Virus record (IMG/VR): IMGVR_UViG_3300043398_000057
Reading direction: 5' to 3' (one strand)
Length of the DNA: 64,000 nt
DNA from: a virus
The translations under genes were made by a program, and so were the position numbers. The notes under the pieces are model-generated. The model worked only from the letters and a program-made list of their open reading frames with translations, was not told the DNA's origin and ran no database searches. Of the stretch, positions 32,409 through 44,138 are shown piece after piece; positions within the stretch are counted from its first letter, which is position 1; each line of letters begins with the position of its first letter.

Positions 32409-33557
32409 TTACTTTGTTGCGGAAGTGTCACGGATACCAAGTTCCTTCCACTTGCCCTTGAAAAAGTTCTTGTAGTCGTTCTCACGTTCAACATACAGGT
32501 TCATGACAAGACCGAAGTAAAGAGGTGTCACTTCGGTCTTTGCCTTAGACGCGAAATCTTTACGTTCAAGCGTCTTATTTTCACGGTAGAAGTTTTCAAC
32601 TTCCTTGAACATGGCATTGAAAGTTCCCGAAACAAACTTGTCCATCTCTTCAATCAGCTTCAGAGATTCTTCATCTTTTGCGAAGTATCCGCGAAGATCA
32701 TCGGCACCACCATCAACAACAGCCTGAAACAAGCGTCGAGGATTGGTCACAGAATCTTTCACATGATGCAAAGACATGTACTTGTCGGTCTTGTGCTTGA
32801 CACGCTTTCCACCCTCAAACACATAAATGAACCCTTCAATACTGTCTGTCATAGATGCAACAGACTTGACGAATTTTTCAATGTTTTCAGGCTTGAATGC
32901 AGGTCGAGCAAACTTCTTCAACTCTTCCGGAATGTCAACATACAGTTCATCCATGTACAAAGGCATGGTGTCAATAATGTTGAGAACCACCAATTGACTG
33001 TTATCGTATGACAGAACCACACGATTATCGGGCGAAATCCACTCAAGGTTGACCGTGTAACCGGACAATGTTGCAACTTCCAGTTGTTCACGGAACTTGT
33101 TGTTTTCGGGTAGGTTGATCCACTTGGTTGCTTCAATGACCTGAACCGAGTCCAGACTTTCCTTAGACTTGAAAGCCATTTCACCGTAATAGTTGATGTA
33201 TGTCGAAATCAGAGAACCATCATACTTCGGTTCAACAGCGACAATCTTCGAAAGATCAAGACCGATGGTTTCAGGGTTTTCATTCAGGTTGAAAAACTTT
33301 GGCATCGGCAGGCACACCAAAATGGGAACCAAATTTTCGGAAAATGTTTCAAACATGATGCCCCGGGCAAACTTTGCATAAGGCTTTTGAAAGTCGCTGT
33401 ACGATGCAAGGTTGTAGTTGAAAATTCGATACTTCGACGAACCTTCAGTCACATCCTTGTAATAGAACGAATCGTTCGTTTCACACAGTTGCATCAGAGT
33501 TTCGTAGCACTCTTTTTCATCAAACGCTTGGCGAATTTGTTCAGTCTGGTTTGTCAT
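32409..33557 (-). CDS. rnlA: RNA ligase 1
   Basis: ARGIMFE, PKFFNLNEN, KYDGSLI (motif I), EGFI, KHKTDKY. Confidence 0.93.
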   Translation of the reverse strand: MTNQTEQIRQAFDEKECYETLMQLCETNDSFYYKDVTEGSSKYRIFNYNLASYSDFQKPYAKFARGIMFETFSENLVPILVCLPMPKFFNLNENPETIGLDLSKIVAVEPKYDGSLISTYINYYGEMAFKSKESLDSVQVIEATKWINLPENNKFREQLEVATLSGYTVNLEWISPDNRVVLSYDNSQLVVLNIIDTMPLYMDELYVDIPEELKKFARPAFKPENIEKFVKSVASMTDSIEGFIYVFEGGKRVKHKTDKYMSLHHVKDSVTNPRRLFQAVVDGGADDLRGYFAKDEESLKLIEEMDKFVSGTFNAMFKEVENFYRENKTLERKDFASKAKTEVTPLYFGLVMNLYVERENDYKNFFKGKWKELGIRDTSATK

Positions 33558-34425
33558 GATTTAGTCGATTCTTAAAGGTTATGAAAGAGATGAAGAGGAA
33601 GATGGGGATTGTCAAAAACCCCACAACCGCACTTGATGCGATGTATTGCAGTGTAGTCCAATACGGGTCTTCTGTCAATACAGCAATCAGCATTCCGCCA
33701 ACAATTCCAACCATCGGCCAAAGATAGATGAAACTCATGTCAGTAATCGGGAGTGGCAATCTCATACTCTTTGTTCTTGATGCAATCCATCAATTCTTTC
33801 AAAGAGTAAAACGACGCACTTTTTCCAGTTGGCGTTTTGCCATAGATGTACATGGTGTCACTGCGCCTGATGAACCAAAAACCACTTTTGAAACCAATTG
33901 GTTCACCGTGGTCAGAATCAAATGAATCAACAACAAAGGTAACACCATCAAGTTTTACCTTATCGCCAGAACGAAGTTCTTTCAATTCTTCAATTTTTGC
34001 GGTCTTCAGGTTGAGAACGCCGGTCGCAATGTATGTTGATGTGTAATCTTCTGGTAAGTCACCAGTAGCGAAACAGAGGGCATCAATCAATGGTTCAACA
34101 CAATCTTTGTTGTTCGTTGTGATTGATGCACTCGGACCAGAGATGAAGTATTGCATGTGTCACTCATTTGTAAGAGGGTTTTCCAAACCGGCCGCATTTC
34201 TCGCTTGTCGCGTTTCAATGATGACCGGAACGCCCGATTGTACATGCTTTTCATGAATCGCGCCAAGAATCTTTTGGCAGTCTTCATAAGACAGTTGTGA
34301 AAGATCGGGTGAACCATCAGGATCATGAATTTCTGTAGCGATACCGATTTGTGCCAGTGTGCTTGCAATCACGTTTGCAATCGAGGTCTTACCCTCACCG
34401 GTACTTCCAACAATGATGATACGCA

Positions 34426-35040
34426 TTACACACGCTCCATCTTCTTCAGCTTCGACGAAATCTTGGCGAACTTTTCCACGATCTTCTTCTGCTTTTCAAC
34501 AATGTTGCTGATGTACAGATATTCCTTGTACTGTTCAGAAGTTGTCGGATCGTTCTTGTCGCACAGTTCCCACAGTTCAGCCTTGACCTTCTTGAAAATT
34601 TGAATGTCGGCGTAGGTGTAACGCAGAATTTCACGAACTTCCTGCCGCAGAGTTTGGATTTCCGATTGGGTCAGTTGTTCTTGTTGTGGTTCTGGAACAC
34701 CACCCGAAAACTTGTCCATGACCATTTGACCGGTTTCCATCATGAACATGATGATTTGCAAAATGCCACCATCAACCATTTCAGCAAGAACATCACCAGA
34801 TGCTTCAACTTCAACACCATCAACAACGTAAACGCTATCGTCCAGTGCGACAAATTGATTATCTTCGGTAACCATATCGGCAACGCTTGTCATAATGACA
34901 GAACCGGCAAACTTGCCACTGACACCACGGAACACAATGTCAAAATTTTCACCGGGAGTGATGGACGAAAATTGATCGCCCTTGATCAGAAGTTCGAAGT
35001 TGTTCACGAACGGCAGATGGATTTTGGTCAGATTTTGCAT
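34426..35040 (-). CDS. Hypothetical protein
   Basis: Open frame with AAGGA RBS. Confidence 0.65.
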   Translation of the reverse strand: MQNLTKIHLPFVNNFELLIKGDQFSSITPGENFDIVFRGVSGKFAGSVIMTSVADMVTEDNQFVALDDSVYVVDGVEVEASGDVLAEMVDGGILQIIMFMMETGQMVMDKFSGGVPEPQQEQLTQSEIQTLRQEVREILRYTYADIQIFKKVKAELWELCDKNDPTTSEQYKEYLYISNIVEKQKKIVEKFAKISSKLKKMERV

Positions 35041-35073
35041 GATATTTTCCTTCAGTTGTAGAGATGTTTCAGT

Positions 35074-35394
35074 TTACCACACCTTGACTTGGTTCAGATT
35101 GACCCAGGTGTAAAATTGTTTGCGGGTTCCGGTCGCTGCTCCACCCACATCTACACCATTTTCATTCTTGACGTAATAGCGAATGTGACGCCATGGGTAA
35201 ATTTTAGGGTCGCGGAGTTGATCAGGTTTTGCGTGAATTTCAACGTCATTCTTGTCAATTTCATTGAAAAAGATTTCGCTGTTGTAGCCACACTCTTCAA
35301 CCTTGAAACGAACACCTTGAAAGACAACGGTATCACCATCCTTCAAAGTCAGAATCGTTTCAGGGGTTTCTTCAATGTTAATGTCTTGAGTCAT
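35074..35394 (-). CDS. Hypothetical protein, tandem paralog A
   Basis: INIEE.P..IL.L..GD, YPWRHIRYY, .VKVW shared with 35399-35719. Confidence 0.75.
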   Translation of the reverse strand: MTQDINIEETPETILTLKDGDTVVFQGVRFKVEECGYNSEIFFNEIDKNDVEIHAKPDQLRDPKIYPWRHIRYYVKNENGVDVGGAATGTRKQFYTWVNLNQVKVW

Positions 35395-35398
35395 GATT

Positions 35399-35719
35399 TC
35401 ACCAAACCTTTACTTCGCCGTTAGTGATCCAATTATGAAATTCTTCCAGTGATGTACATGCTGTTCCGCCGATTTCCTTGTCAACATTCAATTTGTAATA
35501 TCGAATATGACGCCAAGGGTAATCATTTGTTTGCCAAAGTTTTTCTCCAACCGGTGCCACTACAGGCAGACCCGCCGAAGATACTTCATCGAAGAAAACT
35601 TTTGTTTTATCCATATTATTCCTCAGAACAAACTTCACGTTCTGAAAAATTACGAAATCTCCAACTCTGAGATGAAGAATCTCACTCGGATTTTCTTCGA
35701 TGTTGATGAATTCAATCAT
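35399..35719 (-). CDS. Hypothetical protein, tandem paralog B
   Basis: Paralog of 35074-35394. Confidence 0.75.
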   Translation of the reverse strand: MIEFINIEENPSEILHLRVGDFVIFQNVKFVLRNNMDKTKVFFDEVSSAGLPVVAPVGEKLWQTNDYPWRHIRYYKLNVDKEIGGTACTSLEEFHNWITNGEVKVW

Positions 35720-35727
35720 GGGGTTCC

Positions 35728-35877
35728 TTACCAGTTGTGAATGATGCCAGCGATGATGAAAAGATTTGTCACCACCGAAAGAAAAACTATTGTCAGACGT
35801 ATCAAAGCAATTATATCAGCTTCCCGGTCTGTACTTCCATCTTTTTGACCTAGTGATTTTGCGATAAGACGCCACAT
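35728..35877 (-). CDS. Small membrane protein typical of T4-like phages
   Basis: MWRLIAKSLGQKDGSTDREADIIALIR...TNLFIIAGIIHNW (below the ORF track cutoff). Confidence 0.65.
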   Translation of the reverse strand: MWRLIAKSLGQKDGSTDREADIIALIRLTIVFLSVVTNLFIIAGIIHNW

Positions 35878-36514
35878 AGGTCAATCAGGGTTTACCCTAT
35901 AAAAACTTTCTTCGATTTCACGTTCAACCTCACGATTGAAACGCTTGTTCATGGTTCGCGATTCGCGCTTATCGGAATGCTTTTCCGAACGCTTGGTTCG
36001 CAGAACTTCATTGTTCTTCTTCTTTTCGTATTGAGTTTTTGCCCAAGACATGTTTCTTTCCTTACTTTTTCGTAAACAGTTGTTTGACTGAGTGACCGGT
36101 AGGAAACATTTCAGCGGTTTCCATATCGACCCGCAATTGAGTCGGGTCACAGTCTTGCAGAACATGAAGAATCCGTGTACCCGACTTGTTTTCATACAAC
36201 CAAGCAAACGGTTCAACTTCATCTTCACGACGATCCTTCAATTCTTGGAGAAAAGAAAGAACGTCACGGTAATAGTTCGCTGAACGAGAGTCTTCAGCAT
36301 TCACAATTCGTTCTTGTGTGCGGAAGATGAAAATTTCGAGGTCTGTCATCATTCAAACCATGATTGCAGGTTATAACAAAAATGTGCGCGAATGGCCGGG
36401 CAGTTCATCAAATGAGCAGTGACGATTTCGTTCACAATTTCAGAAGAATCAACCATTTTAGGCTTTCAATGTGTGTTGCGATGGAATGAATTCTATACAG
36501 ACCTCGAACCATTG

Positions 36515-37276
36515 TCAAGTGTTTTTGCGTGTCACATTGACAACAACTTCGTAACCCATGGTTTTCAGGAAATTAACATGTTCACGAATGGTCATCAGGC
36601 TTTCGTAAACTTCGGTCTTCTTTTCAGCCTCAGTTTGATGTGCATCACGTTGACTGCGGATCATGTTCACCCAAGTCTCGAAATCCATGTTTTCCGACTT
36701 TGCTTGAACGACTTCTTCAGCAACAGGTTCTTCCACTTTGAAAGGCATCAACATCAGACGATGTGGAAATGCTGATTGTTCCTTGTCATCACAAACGGTG
36801 TCTTCATAGAACGAAAAAACTTTGATCAAGTCAATGTTTTGAGCAGCCCCGTAGCGTTGATGGTCGGGGTTGAGTTTGATACAGAATTCGCTACCAATCT
36901 GAGGCTCAACCGGGATGATCAGAGTGATATCAACTTCATTGTTTCGACCGTAATTGTGCAAATACTCAAAAAACGGCATCAGTTGCACATAACGATCTTC
37001 ATAGGTTGCTGGCGAAGTCCACGTTGTAGAGACAGTATGAGGTGTGCCACCATAAATGATGACTGAACCCTTAGGGACAACAAAATCAATACCCATTTTG
37101 GAAACGTTGCCGAAATTCACCTTCAGAACAGCGATGGCGTTGTTAATCAATTGATTGCTTCGATTGATGTAACTTTCGATGTTGGGAACAGCGGTTCGAG
37201 GGTCAACCAAGAAAGGTTGAATCGCTTGAGAGTTGCTATTGATCTTCAGATATGCGGTCATGATGCACTCTTTCAA
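36515..37276 (-). CDS. Hypothetical protein
   Basis: Open frame; similar to the 4918 ORF. Confidence 0.65.
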   Translation of the reverse strand: MKECIMTAYLKINSNSQAIQPFLVDPRTAVPNIESYINRSNQLINNAIAVLKVNFGNVSKMGIDFVVPKGSVIIYGGTPHTVSTTWTSPATYEDRYVQLMPFFEYLHNYGRNNEVDITLIIPVEPQIGSEFCIKLNPDHQRYGAAQNIDLIKVFSFYEDTVCDDKEQSAFPHRLMLMPFKVEEPVAEEVVQAKSENMDFETWVNMIRSQRDAHQTEAEKKTEVYESLMTIREHVNFLKTMGYEVVVNVTRKNT

Positions 37277-37282
37277 AAATGA

Positions 37283-37693
37283 TTAAACAAGTTCGTTAGG
37301 AATTTCGAACAACAGGTCAGACTTCCCCGCAACTTTCGACTTCCAAGAAACGTATGCCTTCATTGCGGCATTCAGAGGCGTAGGGCCAAACGCTGTGAAG
37401 CTACCGTCAGAATTATAAATCCATGCCATGCACTTTTCTGCCGGATTGTTGTATGTCAACTCAGTCTTTTGTGTAAGACCCTCAATTTCACCGATGAACG
37501 GACCACCAACAGCCCAATCACTAGAAGGGCGGAAAGACGACAACCAACGACATTCGCCAGTTTGCGAATTTTCCAATTCGAACTTGCCGTTGGAGTGAAC
37601 ATCATAACTGTCCCATCCAGAACACACGGCAACAGCGTAGTCCAGTTGTTCACCAAACAGGTCTTCGATTTTGACAATGGTTGTTGCGGTCAT
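37283..37693 (-). CDS. DUF2591/NinX-like protein
   Basis: LDYAVA, FRPSSDWAVGGPFI, GPTPLNAAMKAYV. Confidence 0.75.
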   Translation of the reverse strand: MTATTIVKIEDLFGEQLDYAVAVCSGWDSYDVHSNGKFELENSQTGECRWLSSFRPSSDWAVGGPFIGEIEGLTQKTELTYNNPAEKCMAWIYNSDGSFTAFGPTPLNAAMKAYVSWKSKVAGKSDLLFEIPNELV

Positions 37694-37765
37694 GATGTTC
37701 TTTCTGTTGAAAGTTGTGTTGCGATGGAATGAATTATGGCCCCGAAGGGCCATGTTGTCAAGCGA

Positions 37766-38380
37766 TTATTTGTAGTTTTTCAGCTACATTTCAAAAAGTT
37801 TCTTTCGATGATCAAGACCGTTCAGACCACCATTGATCTTCTTTGTCAACGCTTCAATGTTTGATGCCAGTGGCGTACAGTTTCGATCTTTCCAGAACCA
37901 GATTGCCGAATCGCAAGCACCCTCAATAGTCTTCAAGAATTCAATAGTTTCGTCAACGGTCTTACCGCGATACTTTGCGTAAGCCTGAACGTTGAACTTC
38001 CCGGTCTATTGAATGAAACCTCTACCAAGGTACTTTGAACCGTCACCAGAGGCTTCGTCACCATTACCCATACGATTTGCATACACACGGTTTGCAATCT
38101 CTCTAGGCTTTCTGGCGTACTGTTTGGCCTAGCTTGGGGTGAAATACTTCCCAAAGGTCTTCAACAGACCTTCTTCCGAATAGTTAAGATTCTCGCTCAT
38201 GTACATGAACCCACCGGACTCATGACCGACTTGCGCCTAAAAAGCACACATCACAGTTTTGTCATCAAGACCATTCAGAACAAGCAAAGGGTACATCGAT
38301 GCCGAAACATCAATCAACCTTTGCTTGGGGATATCTGTAAAAACCGTGATCAACAGTTCTTCAAAAAGTTTTTGGTTCAT
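37766..38380 (-). CDS. GH19 endolysin, 204 aa, with 4 in-frame TAG (missed by the ORF track)
   Basis: CAF*AQVGHESGGF..MSENLNYS...IANRVYANRMGNGDEASGDG.KYLGRGFIQ*TG...SAIWFW...TKKINGGLNGL.HR; TAG at 38237, 38129, 38006, 37784. Confidence 0.92.
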
Positions 38381-38383
38381 ACT

Positions 38384-38425
38384 CATTCCATCGAGTGTTA
38401 GATTTCTTACTTACTCGATGGAATG
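38384..38425 (-). promoter_or_regulatory. 13-bp inverted repeat over the endolysin translation-initiation region with an embedded TAAGTA late-type element
   Basis: CATTCCATCGAGT (38384-96) / ACTCGATGGAATG (38413-25). Confidence 0.7.
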
Positions 38426-38429
38426 TATT

Positions 38430-39294
38430 TCACACTTCGGGGATGATGTAGCTTTCCAGAGGTTGTAGATTACCCTGAAAATCTTCAACAAAGTATGTTG
38501 ATGTGCCAATATTCGATTTGGCATCACTTTCAGGACTCAAATCAATCCAACAAGTTGCTGAGGGTGATTCGGTGGATGTTCGAATGGCGTGCCACCCACA
38601 TCGGCGCGAATTTGGTGGGCACACAACATAACCGCGAATTACTAGTTCGCATGGTGAGATAAACCAAATAGCCATACCGGCTTCCAGAACTTTCGTTGGC
38701 TGTAGTTCGTTTTTCAGTCGAGCAAGTTCTTCTTCAGCGATCTTGATGCGTTGGTTAATATCATCCTGCTTTTCCAAGCAAATTTTTTCGGAGTTCTTGA
38801 GTTTTGACAGAAACTCACGACCAGCCTCTGTTTGAGCATTGATGATAGTCATACAAATTCCTTCAATATGGGAGTGAACAAAGTTTGAACGGTGTAATAT
38901 CACCCGAAAAATCTTCCAAGTAGTAATTTTCGGGGTATGCGTTGATATCTTTCAACAATACTGATGCACCATTACCATCGCCAAGCGAAGGACGAACACA
39001 ATGCCAATCTGGCAAACAATCATTGGGCGCGGAAACGATATAACCACGAACAACATCAATCTGTTTAGATGCGAACCAAATCGTGTGCCCACATTGAATT
39101 ACCGGACCACCGGCAATTTTAGAAGACTTCAGTTCTTCAAGTTGAGTCGTGAGTTGATCGATTTGGGCTTGTAGATTTTCAATTTTCGCATCTCTCATAG
39201 CTTCATGAGTTTTGATCTTATCCATAGATGCAAAAAGGGATTTTCTGATATCCGACCATTCCCGAGAGTTTGACGAAATTTGTGACATATTCAT
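38430..39294 (-). CDS. Two tandem paralogous hypothetical proteins (38430-~38852, 38863-39294)
   Basis: Shared IWF.S....V.RGY.V..PN...WH..R.S and Y..EDF.G. Confidence 0.65.
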
Positions 39295-39960
39295 GTTCCT
39301 TTATGTATTACCGTTAAGGGAAGTCTTGATGTAGTTTCGGGCAATGTTGATTGCCCGATATTGGTCGGGCATAAGTTCCGCCACACCTTGAATGGTATCC
39401 AACTCTTTGACCCACCATTGATCATTCGAGTATTTTTCAGGTTGATCAACTGGTTCCGAAATTTCCGTAACGTTCCAAATCTTTTTATGAATATACCGAT
39501 TGGCGTCGGACAAAGTGTAGTTCGTTTCAAACGAACCACCATCATCACACCATTTGACTTTCACAGAACCATCAATGACGGATGCGCGATAGTACATGTA
39601 CTTTTCATCATCGCAATAGAACTTGAACTTTACACCTTCACGCAGTTCAACATTTTGCAAGTTTTCGCTCATGATCTTTCCTTAGCCAAGCATCACACAG
39701 TTGTCTTCGTCATCATTCCAACATGCTTCGCAGTAGTTGCATGTGCTGCAATAGCGACAACCACAACCATTTTCACGATCACCACAGCTACAACAATTGT
39801 AGCCTTGATCAGAACAGGTTTCGCGATTTTGTTCGCGCTTCTGAAGTTTAGTGATAAAACCCATCTCGTTCTCGCTTGATGTTTGACAATGGTTTGATTA
39901 TTTCACCATATTGTCGGCTTGTCAATTGAAATAAACTATCGAAACCAAACTTTCAATAGT

Positions 39961-40437
39961 TCACCAAGGTTTCAGGCGGAAATTCAACTCTTTTTTGTTG
40001 TACCAAGACTTGATCGGAACCGTTGCAACAGCAGTGCTACACATCTTTGAGGCGTTTTCAACAAAGTGATCAACGTTCGGGTTCATCACAAAAATGTCGC
40101 CACGCTTGAAAGTCATCTTTTGTGTTCCAACGGTCAAATCGAACTTTCCGGCAAGAACAACATGCAGAAACCCGGGTTTATTGGGTTTACCATTCACATA
40201 AACATCAGGCCAGAAATCGTTATGTTTGTCGATGTTGGTGAAACATGCCACACCATCTTCTCGACTACTGTTGTCAACACCAAAGATATCCATGATCTTC
40301 GTTGAAATCTCATGGTCAAAATCTTGACAGATTCCGTTTCGACGCAAATCGCGTCTATTCAATGTTGACAACGCTTTACCGGCAATTCCGCGCGGAAGCG
40401 TCATCTCACCAATTTTTCGAAGGGTGTATTTCATCAC
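39961..40437 (-). CDS. Cupin-fold protein
   Basis: KHND, LHVVLAG, GDIFVMNPNVDH. Confidence 0.55.
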   Translation of the reverse strand: MMKYTLRKIGEMTLPRGIAGKALSTLNRRDLRRNGICQDFDHEISTKIMDIFGVDNSSREDGVACFTNIDKHNDFWPDVYVNGKPNKPGFLHVVLAGKFDLTVGTQKMTFKRGDIFVMNPNVDHFVENASKMCSTAVATVPIKSWYNKKELNFRLKPW

Positions 40438-41517
40438 TCAAGACCCAAAGCAACCCGTTCTTCTGTTGACAGCTTGTTCAGGGCTTCACGACGAATACGT
40501 TCGACCTTGATGGCTTCGGGATCATTCAGCGTCAGACCATAGGGACCGGAAAAATTTGCCAGAGGGAATGCCCGACCATCAATCAAGATGGCATCACACT
40601 TTTGAACATCACCCTTACCACCATACCAACCCTTACCATTCGCGAAAATGTCGGCATTGTATTGGTCATCAAAGAGTCCAAGGAATTTTCCGCGACGACC
40701 ATATCCAACGGTTTCGTAAACAGCGTAAACGGTAATGCGTTGGATATCAGACATTTTGTGTTCCTATGATGTAAAAGTTAAACGTTTCCGACTCGACCGG
40801 TTGCGACAAGATCCGCCATGTGCATGTAGCGAACTTGGAAATCCCAAACACCCTTTCCACAATGCTACCATCAGATTGACGGTATCGCACACTGTAATTC
40901 CACTTGTCGTTGCAAATAGGCCATGGAAACACGCACATGATGTGAACTTTGTTTCCACTTGTGGAAAACCATTCTTGTCCCTCATGGAATGCGGGGGAAT
41001 CATGCTTGTGAAACTTGACTTGCTTGGGCATGATTTTCCTTAGTTGATTTGTTGCGATGTATGAATTATGTCCCTTCGGGACCATCTTGTCAATCACAAA
41101 GTTGTAACAGTTATTCGTATCGATAGACAAGTGACTGAGAGCAACACAAGTTCTGACCGGGATTGAATGATGAAAATCCATCAACATCAACATATTCACT
41201 GTCAGACACCCAAACACCGTCATTAAAAGTTGGCTTTTCCCTGTACAGGTAAGAACGACCAGAATCATCATTTGCCAACCAATTGAAACGTCCGGCAACA
41301 TGTTCCCAATTGATAGAAGGTTTCTGTGGCAGCTTCGGCTTCACACGGTAAACATTGTTCTTAAAGTCCCAAGTTGGGTTACTGTCAGGCATCCAGTCTA
41401 CCGAACTATAAGAGGCATGAAGATGTGAATACTCGATTTCTTCACCACGCAAATGAGCGTTGATGACTTCAATCATTTCATCGGCAGTGTTTCGTTCTTT
41501 CATTTGATTTTCTCCAA

Positions 41518-41913
41518 TCAGAAGGTCTTTTGAATGCTGGCATGAAAAACTGCACCACGGACAGAACCCTCAGAAGTGACCTGAGGAATCACCGAAGTGC
41601 GCAGAACAAAAGTGTCTGCAATGTTGAACTTTACCGAAGGCACGATGAACGGAATCGCCGAAGAACCGCCGACATTGTAGCCGGTTGCGGCACCAAGCAT
41701 CACATCATACCGACAGTTCTCGGTAATGTCGAAAACCTTACCAGCATAGACAGTTTGCTTGTCCAGACTGTTCTTGTAAGTGCCAACAACGTAACTGTTG
41801 TAAGCGACATACACGCCCGGGTTGACGTTGTTGAATTCAGAATTCTTGAAAGTGTGGTACGAACCGATATGCATACCAACAGTGATAGCAGCGGCAGAGC
41901 AGAGAGACAACAT
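41518..41913 (-). CDS. PagP-like outer-membrane beta-barrel protein
   Basis: SYH...NNVNPG..., G.YKNS, GAATGY, terminal Phe. Confidence 0.55.
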   Translation of the reverse strand: MLSLCSAAAITVGMHIGSYHTFKNSEFNNVNPGVYVAYNSYVVGTYKNSLDKQTVYAGKVFDITENCRYDVMLGAATGYNVGGSSAIPFIVPSVKFNIADTFVLRTSVIPQVTSEGSVRGAVFHASIQKTF

Positions 41914-41996
41914 GATGTAGATTCCTTGGAAAGTTGTGTTTCAGTGCTTGCAGTTTATGATAGTTCTGAGAACCTGTCAAGCACTTTCTCAAACAT

Positions 41997-42308
41997 TTAC
42001 GAAAAATGTCGCAGCAAAGTTTCCATCTTTGCCGTGATGTTCACAACACCAACCGGATTTTGCGAGTGAACATAGTAGTCAAACGCTTCAGGAAATGTGA
42101 TTTCCCGGTCAATCAGTTGTTCTTCCATCCAACGCAAAACCTTCATGGAAGTGTCATCACCACCAAGGTCATGGTCAAAAGAAATGTACTTCGGCATACC
42201 GAAGCCTTTGATGATGTTGATGGCGTCATAACTTGTTCGGGCAATTACCCACAGCTTTCCGTCACTTGGAGGGAAGCGTTCATCGTCAATGAAAAGATTG
42301 ATTGGCAT
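41997..42308 (-). CDS. Cyclic-phosphate-processing receiver-like domain protein
   Basis: LFIDDER, ISFDHDLG, VHSQNPVG. Confidence 0.8.
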   Translation of the reverse strand: MPINLFIDDERFPPSDGKLWVIARTSYDAINIIKGFGMPKYISFDHDLGGDDTSMKVLRWMEEQLIDREITFPEAFDYYVHSQNPVGVVNITAKMETLLRHFS

Positions 42309-42834
42309 GATTTACTCAATAAAGGTTTTTGTGCATGATGGACATGCATAAAGGGTTCTGGTTTGTTTGGAGTAATTGTACAGGCTCGTTCTAGAAACTT
42401 CAAGTGGAAGTTCATAGAAATCGCCACATTCACCTTTAACATCTACAGGGTCATCATCGACCCATTCAGAACCATGTGCGTAACCGCAATGTGGGCATTT
42501 CATAGTTTCACCTATTGTTAATTCGGAACATCAATGTTGGTTTTGACTTTGTACATGCGAAAAGTCAGACCATGCTTGGCGTAGTTTTCGAGGAAGTATT
42601 CACCAGCGTAATATGCTTCATAGCTATCAAACTGGTGATAAATTCCGTCCAAACCCGTTGCACCGATGCAAATCTTGTCGCTCGATTCGTTACAAACAAT
42701 CCGAGACAGAACTTCGGGTTTAGTTTTTTCCTTACCGGGTTCTTCGGCATCATTCCAGTCTTCGTAAACCGATTCACCGAAAAGTTCACAGACCCAAAAT
42801 TCGATTTCTGCCTTGTTTTGCATGATGCGCCCGT

Positions 42835-43579
42835 TCAAGTTTGCTTCGACAGATTGTAGCCGACTTCTTCGCAACGTGTTGCACGCTCGTAAGCATCTTC
42901 GGCTTCAAACAGTTGTTGTTGTGCAACAGCGAAGTTCTTTTGTGCGGTCTTCAGGGTCTGAAAAATTTCTTCAAACGATTGTTCGACTTTGGTGGCAGGT
43001 TCTTCAACCTGTTGCTCCCGCATCATCGAGTAGATTCCGAGAATAGATTCGGTTTTCGCGGAAATGTGAGATAGGTCATCACCATCCGACCAGTTGCCAC
43101 GAAAAACAACTTCACTACCTTCAGATACGATGGATGTTACATCCAAAGTAATCGGACCAGTACCAAAATCGTACAACACACGGTCACCGACACAGACCGT
43201 TCCAATTGGGGTTTGATATTCAGAGAATTTTTCCATGATTGACCTTCAGTTCCCGACAGAGTTTCAGGAAAGTTGTTGAATTGATGCCAACATTGTCGCA
43301 CGCATTTGCCAGTTCGTCAACAGTGAAAGAAACATTTTCTTGAACCTGTTGTGTACACCCGGGTCGAATAGCGACAATTTTTTCATTATCCGAACGAATG
43401 TGGGAAGTATCATCACCATCCGACCAGTTGCCCCACATACGGAAAAAATCTGGATTGATATCAGAAACTTCAATCCGTTTCACAACTAGGGTAATGTCAT
43501 CAATACCAAAATTGTAAACCACACTGTCACCAACATGCACGGTACCAAGTGGGGTTTCACAGCTAGTAACTTCACTCAT
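42835..43579 (-). CDS. Two tandem paralogous hypothetical proteins (42835-43236, 43220-43579)
   Basis: Shared TP.GTV.VGD.V.Y.FG and GNWSDGDD.SHI. Confidence 0.7.
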
Positions 43580-44138
43580 TTTTCATTCTCCAGTCAAAAT
43601 TTTCTTCTTCAACTCAACAACATAGTCGGCAGTCAAGTTGTAATACTTCGCCATGTAGGCGTTGCCATTGGAAAGTTCTTCCATTGCCTTGAATCTACAG
43701 TTGCCAATGTCATTTTGAATAATCGTCATGAGAAGCATAGCATCATCATTCGAAATTGTGAAAGTGAAAGTTACGGTACCGTCACCATTGTTCTTGTTCA
43801 TTTTGCTGACTTTCGCAGAGTGACTTCGTAACCAGCTTTGGTCAAGAATTCCACACAAGATTCAACCGACATTTTGAGCGAAGACTTTGCTGAAGGTTCA
43901 GTATCTTCAATACACAGTTCTTCCGGAAGAAACCAACAATGTTCTTCAACACCATTGAAAATCAGTTTCACATAAACGCTAGGATGTTCATAGTCCAACG
44001 CAACAACATCACAACGCGAACCATCATATTCTTCGCCGCCCCATTTTGACACACCATTGACAGGAAGATTGATACGAACTGTCATACCAATGGCAAAGTC
44101 GGAAACGGTATTTTGAGATTGGTGCTTCATGGTTAAAC

